Assembly (NCBI RefSeq): GCF_963853765.1
Contig: NC_088860.1
Location: forward strand, 3,596,001 to 3,660,000
Direction of reading: 5' to 3'
DNA length: 64,000 bases
Source: Magallana gigas
Taxonomy: Eukaryota
The position numbers and the translations under genes are program-made. The notes beneath the pieces were generated by a model. It did no database searches, was not told where the DNA came from, and saw only the letters and a program-made list of their open reading frames with translations. Below are positions 13,279-26,155 of this stretch, piece after piece. Each line of letters starts with the position of its first letter. The stretch's first letter is position 1.

Positions 13279-16200
13279 TTACATGTTTGCTGCCATTGCA
13301 AACATGACTATCGATATCAGTGAGTTTGTGATGGAGAAAAACCAGAATGCGAAGAAATCAATGGAAGATGCAACCTGGTTCCAACCAAACGTTTCAGCAG
13401 GAGCAACGTAATTATTACGCACGGCTTCTTTACCTTCTTTCTCGTCATTGTTGTTTAGATTTTCGACTTGACTGTACTTTTTACACCGTAGCCTTTGCTG
13501 TAACTTTATAGCTTTTACCCAGAATGCATGAACTTCCTCAGTCTCGTCTCTGTGACGTAAGCGGAGCTGAAAAGCTGATATTATAAGGGCCAATACTCCA
13601 TATACAAGTTGAATTACCAGATAAATAGCTAAAATTGGTATGCTGGTAGAACTAGTTGGTAACAATGCAGATATGATAGTCAGAAATACTGCAAAAGACA
13701 GAAATACTGTCACAGAGAACGACATTTTTTCTCCAGCATCTACTGGGATTACAAACACCAGAATGTTCAGATAACCCAGAAAAATAACGGGTAGAATGAT
13801 ATTCATCACGTAATACAAAGGCTTCCGCTGTAGTTTGATCGTAAAATCGATTTCAGATTCTGATTGGTCTTTTTTTATCATCGAAGATGTATCTACAATT
13901 TTCCATACTCCGTTTTCTTCATAATTATAGAACTGGATCCCATTTGTAGATTTTGAGATTTCAATTTGGTCCACGGTGTGACTCCACGTGATAAACTTGA
14001 TGTCACATGATTGGGTGTCGAAAGGGAATTTGGTGATGTCCATGGAGCAGCGAGTTTCGAACACGTCAAAGGGCAGCCATATAACACCGCCTACATGGAC
14101 GATAGACAGGTAGTAGAACTTGCCGCCAAGCTCTTCAAATTTTTTAAACCCGTTCTTTAAAACGAGATCGGGCTTCCAAATGTCATTCTACAAATAAACT
14201 ACAATATTGTATTACAAACTCTTTAGTTTTATTTCATATGATATTGCTCAGTTCAAACCTTTATAAATGCAATTGCTCTTTTAGAAAAGACGGAATCAAA
14301 AAGCTGCCAAGGTTGAAATGCACATAAAATCAAAAAGGCTTATAACAAATTCTATAACCATAACATTATTAACTAAGGTTGTTTAATCTGAATTTTAAAA
14401 CAAAATATTTGGTATACATCCACAGGCTATTTCAGTTTACAATGCTATGTAAACGAGAACATTTTAAATCTAATATTAACTATCTATAAAGTTTACCTAT
14501 ATTTATAGTTAACTTATATGTAATTAAAGTATATATATAACATTTAAGCTTTCATATTAAAAGTAATTCCTTTTTATTAACCTTGCATGGGACAATGCGT
14601 TCTTGTGTCGAGTCACTATGCAGAGAATTCGAAGCCTTGTTTCCGAATGGAAATTAGCACATAGATTTAAAAACATAATACAAACGGCCTTTAGATTAAG
14701 AAAAAGGAATCATTTTCAAATGTCTTATGCGTGTATCTCCATTGGTATCGTTGGCCTGTAATTGACTTACTGGACTTTCAAGGGGCATGGTCACGATTTT
14801 GGTCAAAAATTATTTTTCCGATTTTATTTACAATGCTTCAGCAAGGCATTTTTAAAAGGCAGCCGAAATTTGAGTTTCATTTGTTGAGTTATATGCGAGT
14901 TACAGAGCCTGAAATTCTTCGCTATGCAAACATAGAGTTTGTTTATATTTTAAACGTTAAAGTAAAAATTTCAGTTTTAAACCTAAAACGAATGAGTTAA
15001 ACGTTAGAAACTGTTTATCTATGCTTAAAATAAATGAAAAGATAGACAAATAAGCTAGAAAAATATTTTTTACTTGTATATTGACTCTATTTAAAGAAAA
15101 ACAGGGCACGAGCCTTGTTTACATGACAAAGAATTTGAGCCCTGTATTTTGCCTTTAACTCTAAGAATGACTCTCAAATTTTATATGATCATTAGAAATG
15201 CATTTCTAAAGCATTGTAAATAATAAAAACATAAAAAAGAATTCGACCAAAATCGTGACCATGTCCCTTTAAGAACTGGCATTATAGGATCATCGTCGCA
15301 TTGTCTACCATTCACACTTACGTTTTATATATCTTTTATTGTAGTTTAAGCACGGGATATTACAAATATAATGAAATTGCACTTTAACGATTAAAGGAAT
15401 TGTTCTCGTATGAATTTTATCAAAACAAAAAGCATGTAGACGATATGGGGATGTCTTCTCAACAATACGACTTTAATCCAAAATGTAATCAATACGGAGA
15501 TTCCCAAACCTGTCCAAAAGGGACTAAATTCTTTCAATGTAGAACCCTATTTGCAATGCCTTGCCTTTTCTGTAATGGTGCTAGTATAAATCAAAGTACT
15601 GAAGTACTGACGGGAGTTGATTTTATCGATTATCATTTATTCAAAATCAACGATATGTGATTTTGCATGGCAAGTAGTATCAGTAATTCGTTTATCTCCG
15701 ACAAGCAAGAGAGACTCTGTTTTGTCGGATATTAAAGGAGACCGCCAAGAGTCTGGTTGAACGAGATTACATTGAACTCTAGCGTAGGAATACATACGAC
15801 TTTAAAAAATATCTTAACTGTTTGTAAAATTTAAAATCTTACTATTTTCATGGTATTAATAAATAAGTTTTCTTGAAAAACAATGCTTCAGTATACATAG
15901 CATCGAATTTATCGATTATTTTTCATGAACTAAGTGTTGTCAGTGGTTTTGATTTCTGCTTAGGTCCAAACACTGTTTCACTTTCGCTTTGCCCGAGTAA
16001 GTGCATAGGAGAGTTGATTAAAATCAACTCCCAAAAACTAAATTAAAGCAACACAAGTTACTTTGGACTTGGTCTGAGAGTCATCATTACGATATGGCAA
16101 ACAACGTAAAAATCTAACAAACCATCTAGGTTTTATATACTCTGTAGATGCTCTAAAGAACCATGCTTTTATCACTCAAAATAATGTTACTTTGATTGCA

Positions 16201-17074
16201 ATTCTTCTCTTTTTTGAAGCACTAGAAACATTTTCCTTTTAATTTGGCAGATATGAACATAGTGTTGTAAGGAGCTACTAGATGGAGCGCGATTCCAGTA
16301 GGCATACTGTCTAAACAAAAACGATATGAACTTGACATCAGTGGAAAAGAACACTTTTAAATTTAAATCTAATCATCAGAGCCATGAAAAATCTAAATCT
16401 ACTCCTAATAAATATCTAAGTGTTAGTATTTTTAACCTCACATTTTGAAAAAAACAAACAGGTTCACTGGTAACATATGTTAAACATACGTTGCAGTTTT
16501 ACCTGTGATATAACATCATAATTTTTTTTAAGCATTTCAATTCTATTTTTTCGCCATTGCATCGAGAGAGTTAATAATGATATATCTATGGGCATCGAAA
16601 TTAATTGACGGTTGTTAATTGGAAAACAAAATTGGATATGATTATATAGATGAATGAATCATAAAAAAAACTTTTAACTACATGACTGAAGATTATAACT
16701 ATATTCTCTGATATGATATAAGTTTCGTTTTATACTTGTACCTGCGGAACAAATATTGTGTCGGTGTTGTTATAGTCGGCGGGCGTCCATTTCAACAGTT
16801 CGTCCGTCCATGACAACTCCAGGTAACCCGTGGTAACCATTTTTTCATCGACCTCGTTGACCTCATTAACGCTACTGACGTAGAAGCTGACGTCAAGCTG
16901 GAGAGGATGTTGCTGATTTACCACAGGGCGAACTTTTGAGGAATAAGAGTCAAACAGAGTGTCGACCAGATTCTTCAAATCATCACTGGTTTGTGACGTC
17001 ACGGAATCAATCAAAAAACATGCAAAACACACAGTTATTCCTAATTTCAACCACAAATGATTTTTAGTCTTCAT
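13279..17074 (-). CDS. Cys-loop ligand-gated ion channel subunit A (nAChR-like, non-alpha), 2 exons, ~413 aa
   Basis: Exon 1 17074-16742 (signal peptide MKTKNHLWLKLGITVCFACFLID...VPQ|GT). Exon 2 14187-13279 (AG|NDIWKPDLVLKN, Cys-loop CSMDITKFPFDTQSC, M1-M3, GEK before M2, M4). Phase-0 intron, frame intact, no vicinal CC in loop C. Confidence 0.93.
14781..15268. mobile_element. MITE family A copy 2, in the intron of channel gene A
   Basis: TTCA|AGGGGCATGGTCACGATTTTGGTC ... CCAAAATCGTGACCATGTCCCT|TTAA. Internal similarity to 9325-9804. Confidence 0.9.
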
Positions 17075-19393
17075 GATGACGGTCAGTACGAAACTGCACA
17101 AACGAGGTTTATCTTATTATTCACACCAATACACCAAAACGTGTTTATAAAAAAAATGTCCAAATATATTGAAACGTCCTCATATAGTCTAGTACATCAA
17201 GCATGAGCACTGAAGTCGAATAGTGAATGTTTAAGGTAGTTATGTGAAAAGATTTCACTTTTCGAAATCCTGTCTAATTGACATGTTTACAAAAGTTTAA
17301 TGCACAGGGACAATAGATCCGGTAAGAAAATCTTCTTTGTTAATACATATCAATAAAATGTTTGTACTATGTATATTCGTTAACAGAAGGGTGTATCTTT
17401 GTAATTAGGAAAGGGAACTATAAGCTTTCCCATATTCAAACCTTTGTGTCAATAAGACTGGAAAGCTTCTTAAAATCATTGTTTGGTGTTTAGAAGTTTT
17501 GACCTTACTGTGTCTTTTTTGCTATGGCCGATATTTCTATAGTCATTTCGTTTTTATCTGAAGATATCTAAGGTATATCCAATTTTTAAAAGACATTTTA
17601 ACGGCATAAGTTTGTTTTTACATTGGTTTTGCATTAGTTAACTTCCCCGCACAAGAGTTCAGGGAAATGATAAAATATTCATACTCCAAGTACTACGGTA
17701 CATAAATGGTATATTTACACCATGTCCTCTAAACATGTTATGATAATGCTCTCATGTATTATGATGACAAGATTAGAATAAAATATATTGAATTCCGAGG
17801 TAAACATTATTGAGACAAAAATCAAAACATCCGGCCACAAGTTCTAAAACATAGCGCTAAAAAGTGTACATATAAAGTTTCTATTTCCAATTAAATCAAA
17901 ATTTCTCACCTGTCATAAAATATACGGGTTCAACAGAAGAGCGATGCACGCTGCATTCTGACCCACATATTTTCAATCAAATGAATTTTTTAAAATTAGA
18001 TGTGGAGAAATGTAAACAATATAATGAACAATAGTAAGGTAATCGGGATCATGGCGGTCATAAATCGAGAGTAACCACGTGGTCATATTTCGTATTTTGA
18101 TTTGATGCCATCCAGATCTCTCTATAAATACCGGATAAGAATATCGCCAAGTGGTTCCTATTAATTAATGGCCGATATAGACCACAAAACCAATTGTTTA
18201 TAGATAATATAAACCCTTGTTTAGACGTACATGTATGTAAACGATATAAACCGGAAGACAGTTTTGGTTATATCTGACATCAGACCCCAATGTATATTAA
18301 TTTCAGTTAAAATAAAAAAGCCAAGAGTTTTTTTAGATGAAAAAAATGTACATCGTTTTTTACCATTGACTTCTATTTACACATTGATAAAAAGCTCTAT
18401 AGATGATCATGAGTGATTCAATTTACGGAATTCATTATGCAGGCCTTTAAGTCTACCGTCCATTGGTCGGATATCCGGGAAGGATGAGTGGGCTGACAAT
18501 CATAGTAAGTGGATCAGTCAATCTACTCTCTGCCAAACCTTAAATAACAACATTGCAAGACCTACATGTAAGGGCCTAATAATTTAATGAAGCTGCAAAA
18601 AACAAGAAATTTGTGTTAAAACCTTCGTTTTTAGTGAAAAATATTAGCAAACTGGAAATTTTATTTTTTTTAATCTTTTCTACTTAAACGGGACATTCAA
18701 CATGCTGATTATAAGTTCAATATTATGATATTTAAAATATAATTTACCAATTTATAATAACCAGTCACGTTTTTTTTAACAATTTTGCTCAATTAATAAA
18801 CAATACAGCATAGTGTCTTTTCTTCAAAATGGATGAGACCCCTAAAACATGCGCATTGCAGTTGGTTAAAAAATCATTTCAACATAAAAATGTGCATACA
18901 CTGTATACTGATTTTTCTTACATATTAAACAACTAACAATCTTTTAAATCAGAATTTACAAACCCAGTTCAAAGTTCGAACACTTCACTGTTACTGTAAA
19001 TGAACATGTGATGAAAAATCAATGCCCGTTCAGAAAGATATTATTATATAAAAGACGTTTTTTTTTCTGGTGACTGACAATTGTTTTATGTACATGCTTG
19101 ATTTTGAAAAAAGGTTCTTAAATCTTCATATATTTTTGTTAGTCTATACAAATCTTGTTTGTCTACATGTATGATTTATAAATCATGTGCATACCGTAGT
19201 GACTGTTTTCCATTTTAGATCAGTTCAAGGATCTTAATAGCTAAGTTAAATAACCAAACAATTTTAAAATGGATTTTGGGGGATATTTTTACTTTTTCTT
19301 TTAAAGGGGATAGCATGACATCATGATAATAGTTTTAAAAGTATTTTTTAGAATTACGTTTGGTGACAAAACTGAGATAATACAAAAATTTGG

Positions 19394-22387
19394 TTACGAT
19401 GCCGCCACACTGAACATTGCAATAGTGATGATGATGTTTGTAATGAGAAAAGACCAGAAAGCAAAGAAATCAATGGTTGATGCCACGTGATTCCAACCAA
19501 ACGTCAAATCCGGATTTTCATCTGTTTTAGGTTTGGATTTAAGATCATCAATGTTTGAATTTGAATCGAAGGGTTTTACTATAACGGTATTCATCTTTTT
19601 GCACCTCAGTTTTTGTTGAAACCGAATGGCCTTCACCCATATACCCGAAACCTCTTCACTGTCGTCTCTATGACGTAAGCGAAGTTGAAATGCGGTGATG
19701 ACAAGGGCAAAGACTCCATTTACCAGCTGTATCACAAGGTACATAGCAAGGACGGGAATATTTTCAGAACTGGTCGGCAACAAGGTAGAGATGATGGTCA
19801 GGAAGACGGCGAAAGACAGAAACACGGTCACAGAGAAGGACATCTTCTCTCCTGCGTCGGCCGGGATTACAAACACCAGTATATTCAGATAACCCAGGAA
19901 AATGACGGGTAGAATGATATTCATCACGTAATACTGCGACTTTCGACGCAGTTTAAAAGTAAACTTTACTTCCGATTCTCTCCCTTCCTTTTTGATCTCG
20001 GACGTTGTGTCCAAAATATCCCAGACGGCGTTCTCCTCATATTCATAGAAGTTTATCCCTTTTGACGATTTCGTTATCTCGATCTGTTCAGCAAAATGGC
20101 TCCAAGTAACGAACTTGATGTCACATGACTGGATGTCAAACGGAAAATTAAAAATATTCATGGAACATCGAGATTCGAAAACACTAAAAGGCATCCAAAT
20201 AACCGAGCCTTCGTAATCGATATAAAGATAGTAGAAACTACCGCCAAGCTCTTCAAACTTCTTGAACCCGTTCTTTAAAACGAGATCGGGCTTCCAAACA
20301 TCATTCTACAAAATAAAAATCTAATAAAATGGAAGTTTGCAAAATATCTACATAATAAATAAAAGATTAGATTATACCACCACCACCCAAAGACTACAAC
20401 GAGCCAATTAAAGTAACTACTCTAAGCGCCGCGTTAACTATATTTAATGCATAATTGTAGCTTTCTAGACAATAAAATAGAGAAAGGACTAGAAGATTTA
20501 AGTTTTGCTCAAAATAAAGAATGAGTATCTATGGTACACAATTGTTCTTCTCAACCAGTTGAATTTATTACCCGCATTAAATCGCTGTATCAAAGCAAAA
20601 TATCTGCAGGTGAGCCAATGCTCACTAGGTATACCCTCGCCCTAATGTGAGCACACAAAATAAGCTAAGTTAAAATTTAACAGGAAGTTGACATCGAATT
20701 TGTCAAAAAAATTGAAACAACCATATTACACGAGAAACAGTGTGTAATAGAGAACGCCTCAACTGCCTTATGTAGATAATCTTCATAATATGATGATACT
20801 TCAACATTACATGCTGATACTTTAACATTACTGCTCAAATCAGATTCAACAGCAATGCAATGCTTTATCCTTTGCATGATCTTATAAGTTGCATGTATGG
20901 TTGTCGTTTGCCTAAATACATTGCACCAAAACAAATCGTATGTTTCGACAATATTAATATTTTTATTCAGTAGAGATCCTCTCTCGTGAGCTGTAGTTTA
21001 TTGTGTACTTCTTCAGTTCCAGCTTTTTTTTTTATTTTTTATTTATTTATTTTTTTGTTTACACATAAATCCACATACACACATATTTCAGACATATTTC
21101 ATACATTTCAAGATTCTACATATTGTAATATCTTATTAATCTAAAGGAAATAGATTATCCGTGTAGTGTGAAAACGTGTTTTATTGCAAAAAATATATAT
21201 AGATAAAAAAAATAGTAGTAAATGAAAAGAGAAAAGGGGAGATATAGAAGATAAAAAAAATACAATAGAAAAGGGGGTAAATGTATCAAAATATTTGTTC
21301 ACAAGTCAAAATAATTTTAAAAAAAAAGTATCTACAGTTTTTCAATAACATATATTTTCAAGCAGAATCCTGTTTTTTATTATTTGTAGTTCCAGCTTTT
21401 TGTCATGATCCAAACTAGTCTCAGTGGATCTTAGTCCTATCTCTGAAACAGAGAAACAGCCCAATGTTAAAACTTCCCTATTTTAAGAACCACCGCATAG
21501 TGAAGTATCATCATATAATGAAGTATCAGCATGTAATGTTGAACTATCAGCACGTAATGTTAAAGTACCATCATGTAATGTTAAAGTATCAGCATGTAAT
21601 GTTAAAGTACCATCATGTAATGTTGAACTATCAGCACGTAATGTTAAAGTACCATCATGTAATGTTAAAGTATCAGCATGTAATGTTAAAGTATCAGCAC
21701 GTAATGTTAAAGTACCATCAGGTAATGTTGAAATATCAGTATGTAATGTTAAAGTATCAGCACGTAATGTTAAAGTACCATCAGGTAATGTTGAAATATC
21801 AGTATGTAATGTTGAAGTACCATCATGTAATGTTGAAGTATCATCATATTATGAAGATTACCTAATGAGGCAGTTGAGGCGTTCCATAGTGTAACCTTGT
21901 TTAATACCATAGCTTGGCAAGTTTTCTATTGTTAAAAGTGTGGGTTATATGTACATATCACGTTACAGACGGACAAACAAGAGCTTGTCACGAAAATACG
22001 GCAATATTCAGTGGAATATACCTTTGAATTAGGCGAACATATTTTGTCATCAAGACGATAAATTGTACCAATTCTTTTATCGCTTTAAAGATTAAGATAC
22101 TATCTGACAGTTATACAGGGTTAGATTTTCTATTATTCTGATGCGTCTTTGTAATGTATTCCTTTTAAATTCTATATATCTCTTTCACTTGTTATTGGTA
22201 TTTAAATTTTTTTAGCCTGGGTTTAGATTTGTTAACGGATTAGGAAGATAAGTAATCTAAATATGTGAAGGGGATTTAATCAAATAGAAAAGAAATTATT
22301 GAGAACTACCAACTCATTAACACACGAAGGATCTTTATATAATCCAATGCTTCAGTACATTCATATCTTAAAAAGTTGCTATATTAT

Positions 22388-22448
<61 letters not shown>

Positions 22449-22894
22449 CTAAACAACTGAATTTTCTTATGATTCCGAAAGAAGTTCTAACACATTAAAG
22501 ATTTCAAAGGCGGAGATGTCTGTTGCAAAAAATGTCTTTAAATTAGAGAATAAATCTTTACCTGCGGAACAAATATTACTTCGGTGTTGTTATAGTCGGC
22601 GGGCGTCCATTTCAACAGTTCGTCCGTCCATGACAACTCCAGGTAACCCGTGGTAACCATTTTCTCCTTGACCTCGTTGACCTCATTAACGCTGCTGAGG
22701 TAGAAGCTGACGTCTAACTGGAGAGGTTCTAGCTGGTTAATCACAGGGCGAATCTTGGAAGAGTAGGAGGCGAAAAGATCGCCTTGGAGTGTCTTAAGAT
22801 TCTCGTTAGTTTGTGAATTCACAGAACAGATCCAAATACTGAAACAAGTAACTAAAAATTTCATTGTCGGATAAGTTACGCACGGAACATTCAT
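19394..22894 (-). CDS. Cys-loop ligand-gated ion channel subunit B (nAChR-like, non-alpha), 2 exons, ~404-414 aa
   Basis: Exon 1 from ATG 22894 (or 22864) to 22562 (VPQ|GT). Exon 2 20305-19394 (NDVWKPDLVLKN, Cys-loop CSMNIFNFPFDIQSC, PADAGEKMSFSVTVFLSFAVF). Same intron position and phase as gene A, frame intact. Confidence 0.93.
21497..21860 (+). repeat. 21-bp minisatellite (~17 units, ATGTAATGTTAAAGTATCAGC) in the intron of channel gene B
   Basis: Direct reading. Produces the spurious MLKYQHV-repeat ORF 21464-21865. Confidence 0.95.
22392..22445. repeat. (GA)n microsatellite
   Basis: About 27 GA units. Confidence 0.97.
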
Positions 22895-23672
22895 CACGTT
22901 AACATGGTTAAAGTTGTATGGTTGTTCCGTTTAAGTCCACTGTTTTGTCTTCTCCAGTACCCTCATTCCTCTATAGCAGAGACATGTCCTATGTTTCTTG
23001 ATTACAAATATTATTATTATCAAGTCACTACCTTTTAAGCTTATTAATACCGAGCGAAAACAGTGGGCATTTATATTAAGTTTTAAGAGCCGTGATAAAC
23101 AACCATTTACCCTAACTTAAAGGCAGGTGTCGTAGAATTTGTGAACCATAAAACAAACATTTATAGAAATCAATCTCGAGTGAACTACGCCCCCTGTCTG
23201 AGGGCAGTATCGGATACGGGCAGTAAGCTCATCCAATGAACTCTAAAGCCAAGAATGGAACAGTTAATAACATTTGGAAATCCATTACAATATCCAAATA
23301 CAGCGAGCAACCCCCACTGGAGTAATTGTTAGGAAGGTCTATACATCTCGATATTTCCCACATAATCATACTTTTTAAATGTTAACAATGAAGTTTTCCA
23401 ACTCATTGATGGTGATAACTTGATATGGGTAGAATTCAAATTAGACAATTAAATAACTTCTCGCAGACCTGTCAGGTTAGGGTAAGGTCGAGTTGTTTAT
23501 AAATCCGTACTGTTTCATTTAACACACAAAAGCACATAGATTTCAATCTCATGAATTGGCTAGGTTCTAAATAACAAGTCCTAAACCATATAGTCTATTC
23601 GCCCCTGCTTTCAAGATTATAATTTATGATATAAATGAAACCAAAAAAAACCAAACACTTTTGCAGTTAAAA

Positions 23673-23678
23673 TTTATT
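23673..23678 (-). terminator. Probable polyadenylation signal of the SLC9A gene
   Basis: Minus-strand AATAAA followed ~20 nt later by the GU/U-rich element GTGTTTGGTTTTTTTT. Lies ~2.5 kb downstream of the best candidate last coding exon. Confidence 0.55.
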
Positions 23679-24873
23679 AACAAAAAATCTTATAATATGC
23701 CCAGGTGCATTTATGAATGCGCCTGGTGTATCTAATTGATACACTTGTTTAAACAATGCATCCATAACATTCACACACAATTAAAATGGGACATAAACAT
23801 GTATACGAATATTTTCTAATAAATAAAAATAATAACTCGAACACACATATTTGTAACCATAAAATCACATCAAGAAATCCTTAAAAGCACTTTTATCGAA
23901 AAAATGTTATGTATATATCTTTGGGAAACTGTTAGGTCAGTCAGAATAAATATATCTCCGTTGGGAGGAGAAATCTCTCTATCTTAATTATTAAACATAT
24001 TTGCCGACTTGTAACAACGGCAAATATTGTTCATGATATTGCATACAATGAGAGATTTCCCTTTGTTTGTTGTGTCGTTTTGCAATACCTGTTTATCTAA
24101 TCAATTAAAGGTTTAGACTGAGATGTTTGTAATTTGAATGAGAGTATTTTTTCCTGTCAATGAGTAAATATATTTGAAAGTTTAACAATCTCCAGACTTT
24201 GTCCTTGTTTACAAAGCAAAGGGATAGAAAAAAATCTATCACATAATGAATGGTGTGTTTCATTTGTGTCTTTTATCCTTGACAAATATCGAAGAAAAAA
24301 TATTTAATGGGACATGAGCAATAGAAAACATCAACATCCAAGTTTGATTCAGTATTTGTAAATTAAAACTTCTTTCTCTCAGATCTTTCTTGAATAAAAC
24401 AATCAACAAATAAAAAAGGAGATTGCTAAATGATTATGAATTATGAAAAAGATTCACAGTAATAACAGCTTTAAACACCTAACATACATAATTAATCAAA
24501 GTTCTAGTGTACTATAATGCATGGTCTAGAAAATATTAATGGATGTTTATCAAATTGATACAATTCCATTTATATCATTTGATATTGATTCTAATCTGAC
24601 AGCTATATCGGGCAGTCCTTCCATCAATGAATAAATTACAAGGAGTCCCCAAATGAATACTAGTAGGACTATAACATAATTAAAGCAGGTAACAAAGGTA
24701 CTCACAATACCACCAATCAGGTAACAACGGTACTCACAATACCACCAATCAAAACTGGAGGTTTATACATTGAAGTAAGTTTGGCATATTTTGACAGAAA
24801 TGCTACAATTGATATTAGCTGACATGTAAGTAACTCGCACTGTATAATGTCTAACATTCTCAACAAATCATGA

Positions 24874-25516
24874 AAATAAAAGGCCCATGAGACACATCGC
24901 TCACACGAAAACAGTTCCTTGCATCATTCTTTTTCAGCATTTTAATACATTTCCTCAAATATTTCAATGCTAAACTTTAAACCCCTCTTGGGGCCCATTA
25001 TTAGTCTAGGAGTCATGATTTTAACAATTAGAATCCTCATTATTTGAGAATGCTTGCGCAGTAATCTCACAAATTGTAGTTCTTGAGAAGTGTTTTTAAA
25101 GCATTTCACTATATGTTTCAATTTAATCTTTGAACTCCATTTGGGGCCCCAGAATTAATCTGGGTGTCACAATTTTAACAATTTGAAATGTTCACAAGCT
25201 TTGGTTTAAATATTGAAGATTCTGGTGAAATGGTTCTTGAGAAGAAAATTTTTTATTGAGGACATACAACCTGTTTTCTCTGTTTTGAACCTATCTTCCT
25301 TTGAAAAATGGTTTTACCCTTTATTTAAACAATTTAGAATTCCCTTCCCATAAGGATGATTCACACCAACTTTGATTAAATTTGGCCAAGTGGTTCTAGA
25401 GGATATTATAAATGTGAAAAGTTTACCGATAGACGCACAGACAGAAAGACAGACAGACTATGGACAACAGATAATCAGAAAAGCTTGCTTTAACCTTCAG
25501 TTCAGGTGAGCTAGAA
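24874..25516 (+). mobile_element. Non-autonomous Helentron-associated (HINE-like) element
   Basis: 5' AGGCCCATGAGACACATCGCTCAC. Two ~160-bp internal repeats (...TTGGGGCCCC...TTTTAACAATT). (GACA)n-like tract, then 3' AAAAGCTTGCTTTAACCTTCAGTTCAGGTGAGCTA with a subterminal inverted match CTCAC/GTGAG. Family assignment is from recognition of this architecture. Confidence 0.65.
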
Positions 25517-26155
25517 ATAAAATCTCAAATGTTTCCCAACAATGGCTCCCAGAAAATAGTTGATCCCTGAGAGTCATTGCCAGATGTATTAAACACATTG
25601 TTGTAACCACAAGAGAAAGTAACCTGTATATATTAAGCAAAACTAAATAGATTAATCAAAATTATGCATGTACACAGACTTCACTAACAACATTCAATCT
25701 TTCAGATTATATCCCATTCTCTCAGATTATCACAATCCTAAATTATGCCTCTCAATCTCTCAGATTATCACAATCAAGTACATTTAAATGACACAGGTGG
25801 GTATTTAGTGAGAGTGGATATTGGAGAGGGTGTGTTTGTGTACGTAAGGTTATCAATCTATCCTTTGATTATAGTCACCTCCTATCAATCTGAGCATAAT
25901 GGCAGTGCATGACAATTCATCACAAAAACAATATGGAATGGACAAATTCAAACGAATTCGCTTTGCACATCAATAGCTGCTTTTGTTCTTAAATGTATGT
26001 GGGTTTTTTTTTAGATATTTTGTTAATTACTCTACATATAGTATGGCTCTCACTAATTCATAACACAACATTATGAACATATATCTTCTAAATGTACACA
26101 GATGGCGGTCCACTAGGTGCATAGCGATTCCAAACAAAGGTTCTTTCCTTTAGTA

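Noticed and set aside
21464-21865. 133-aa MLKYQHV-repeat ORF
   Set aside because: Frame-preserving 21-bp intronic minisatellite, antisense to the host gene, with no splice or promoter support.
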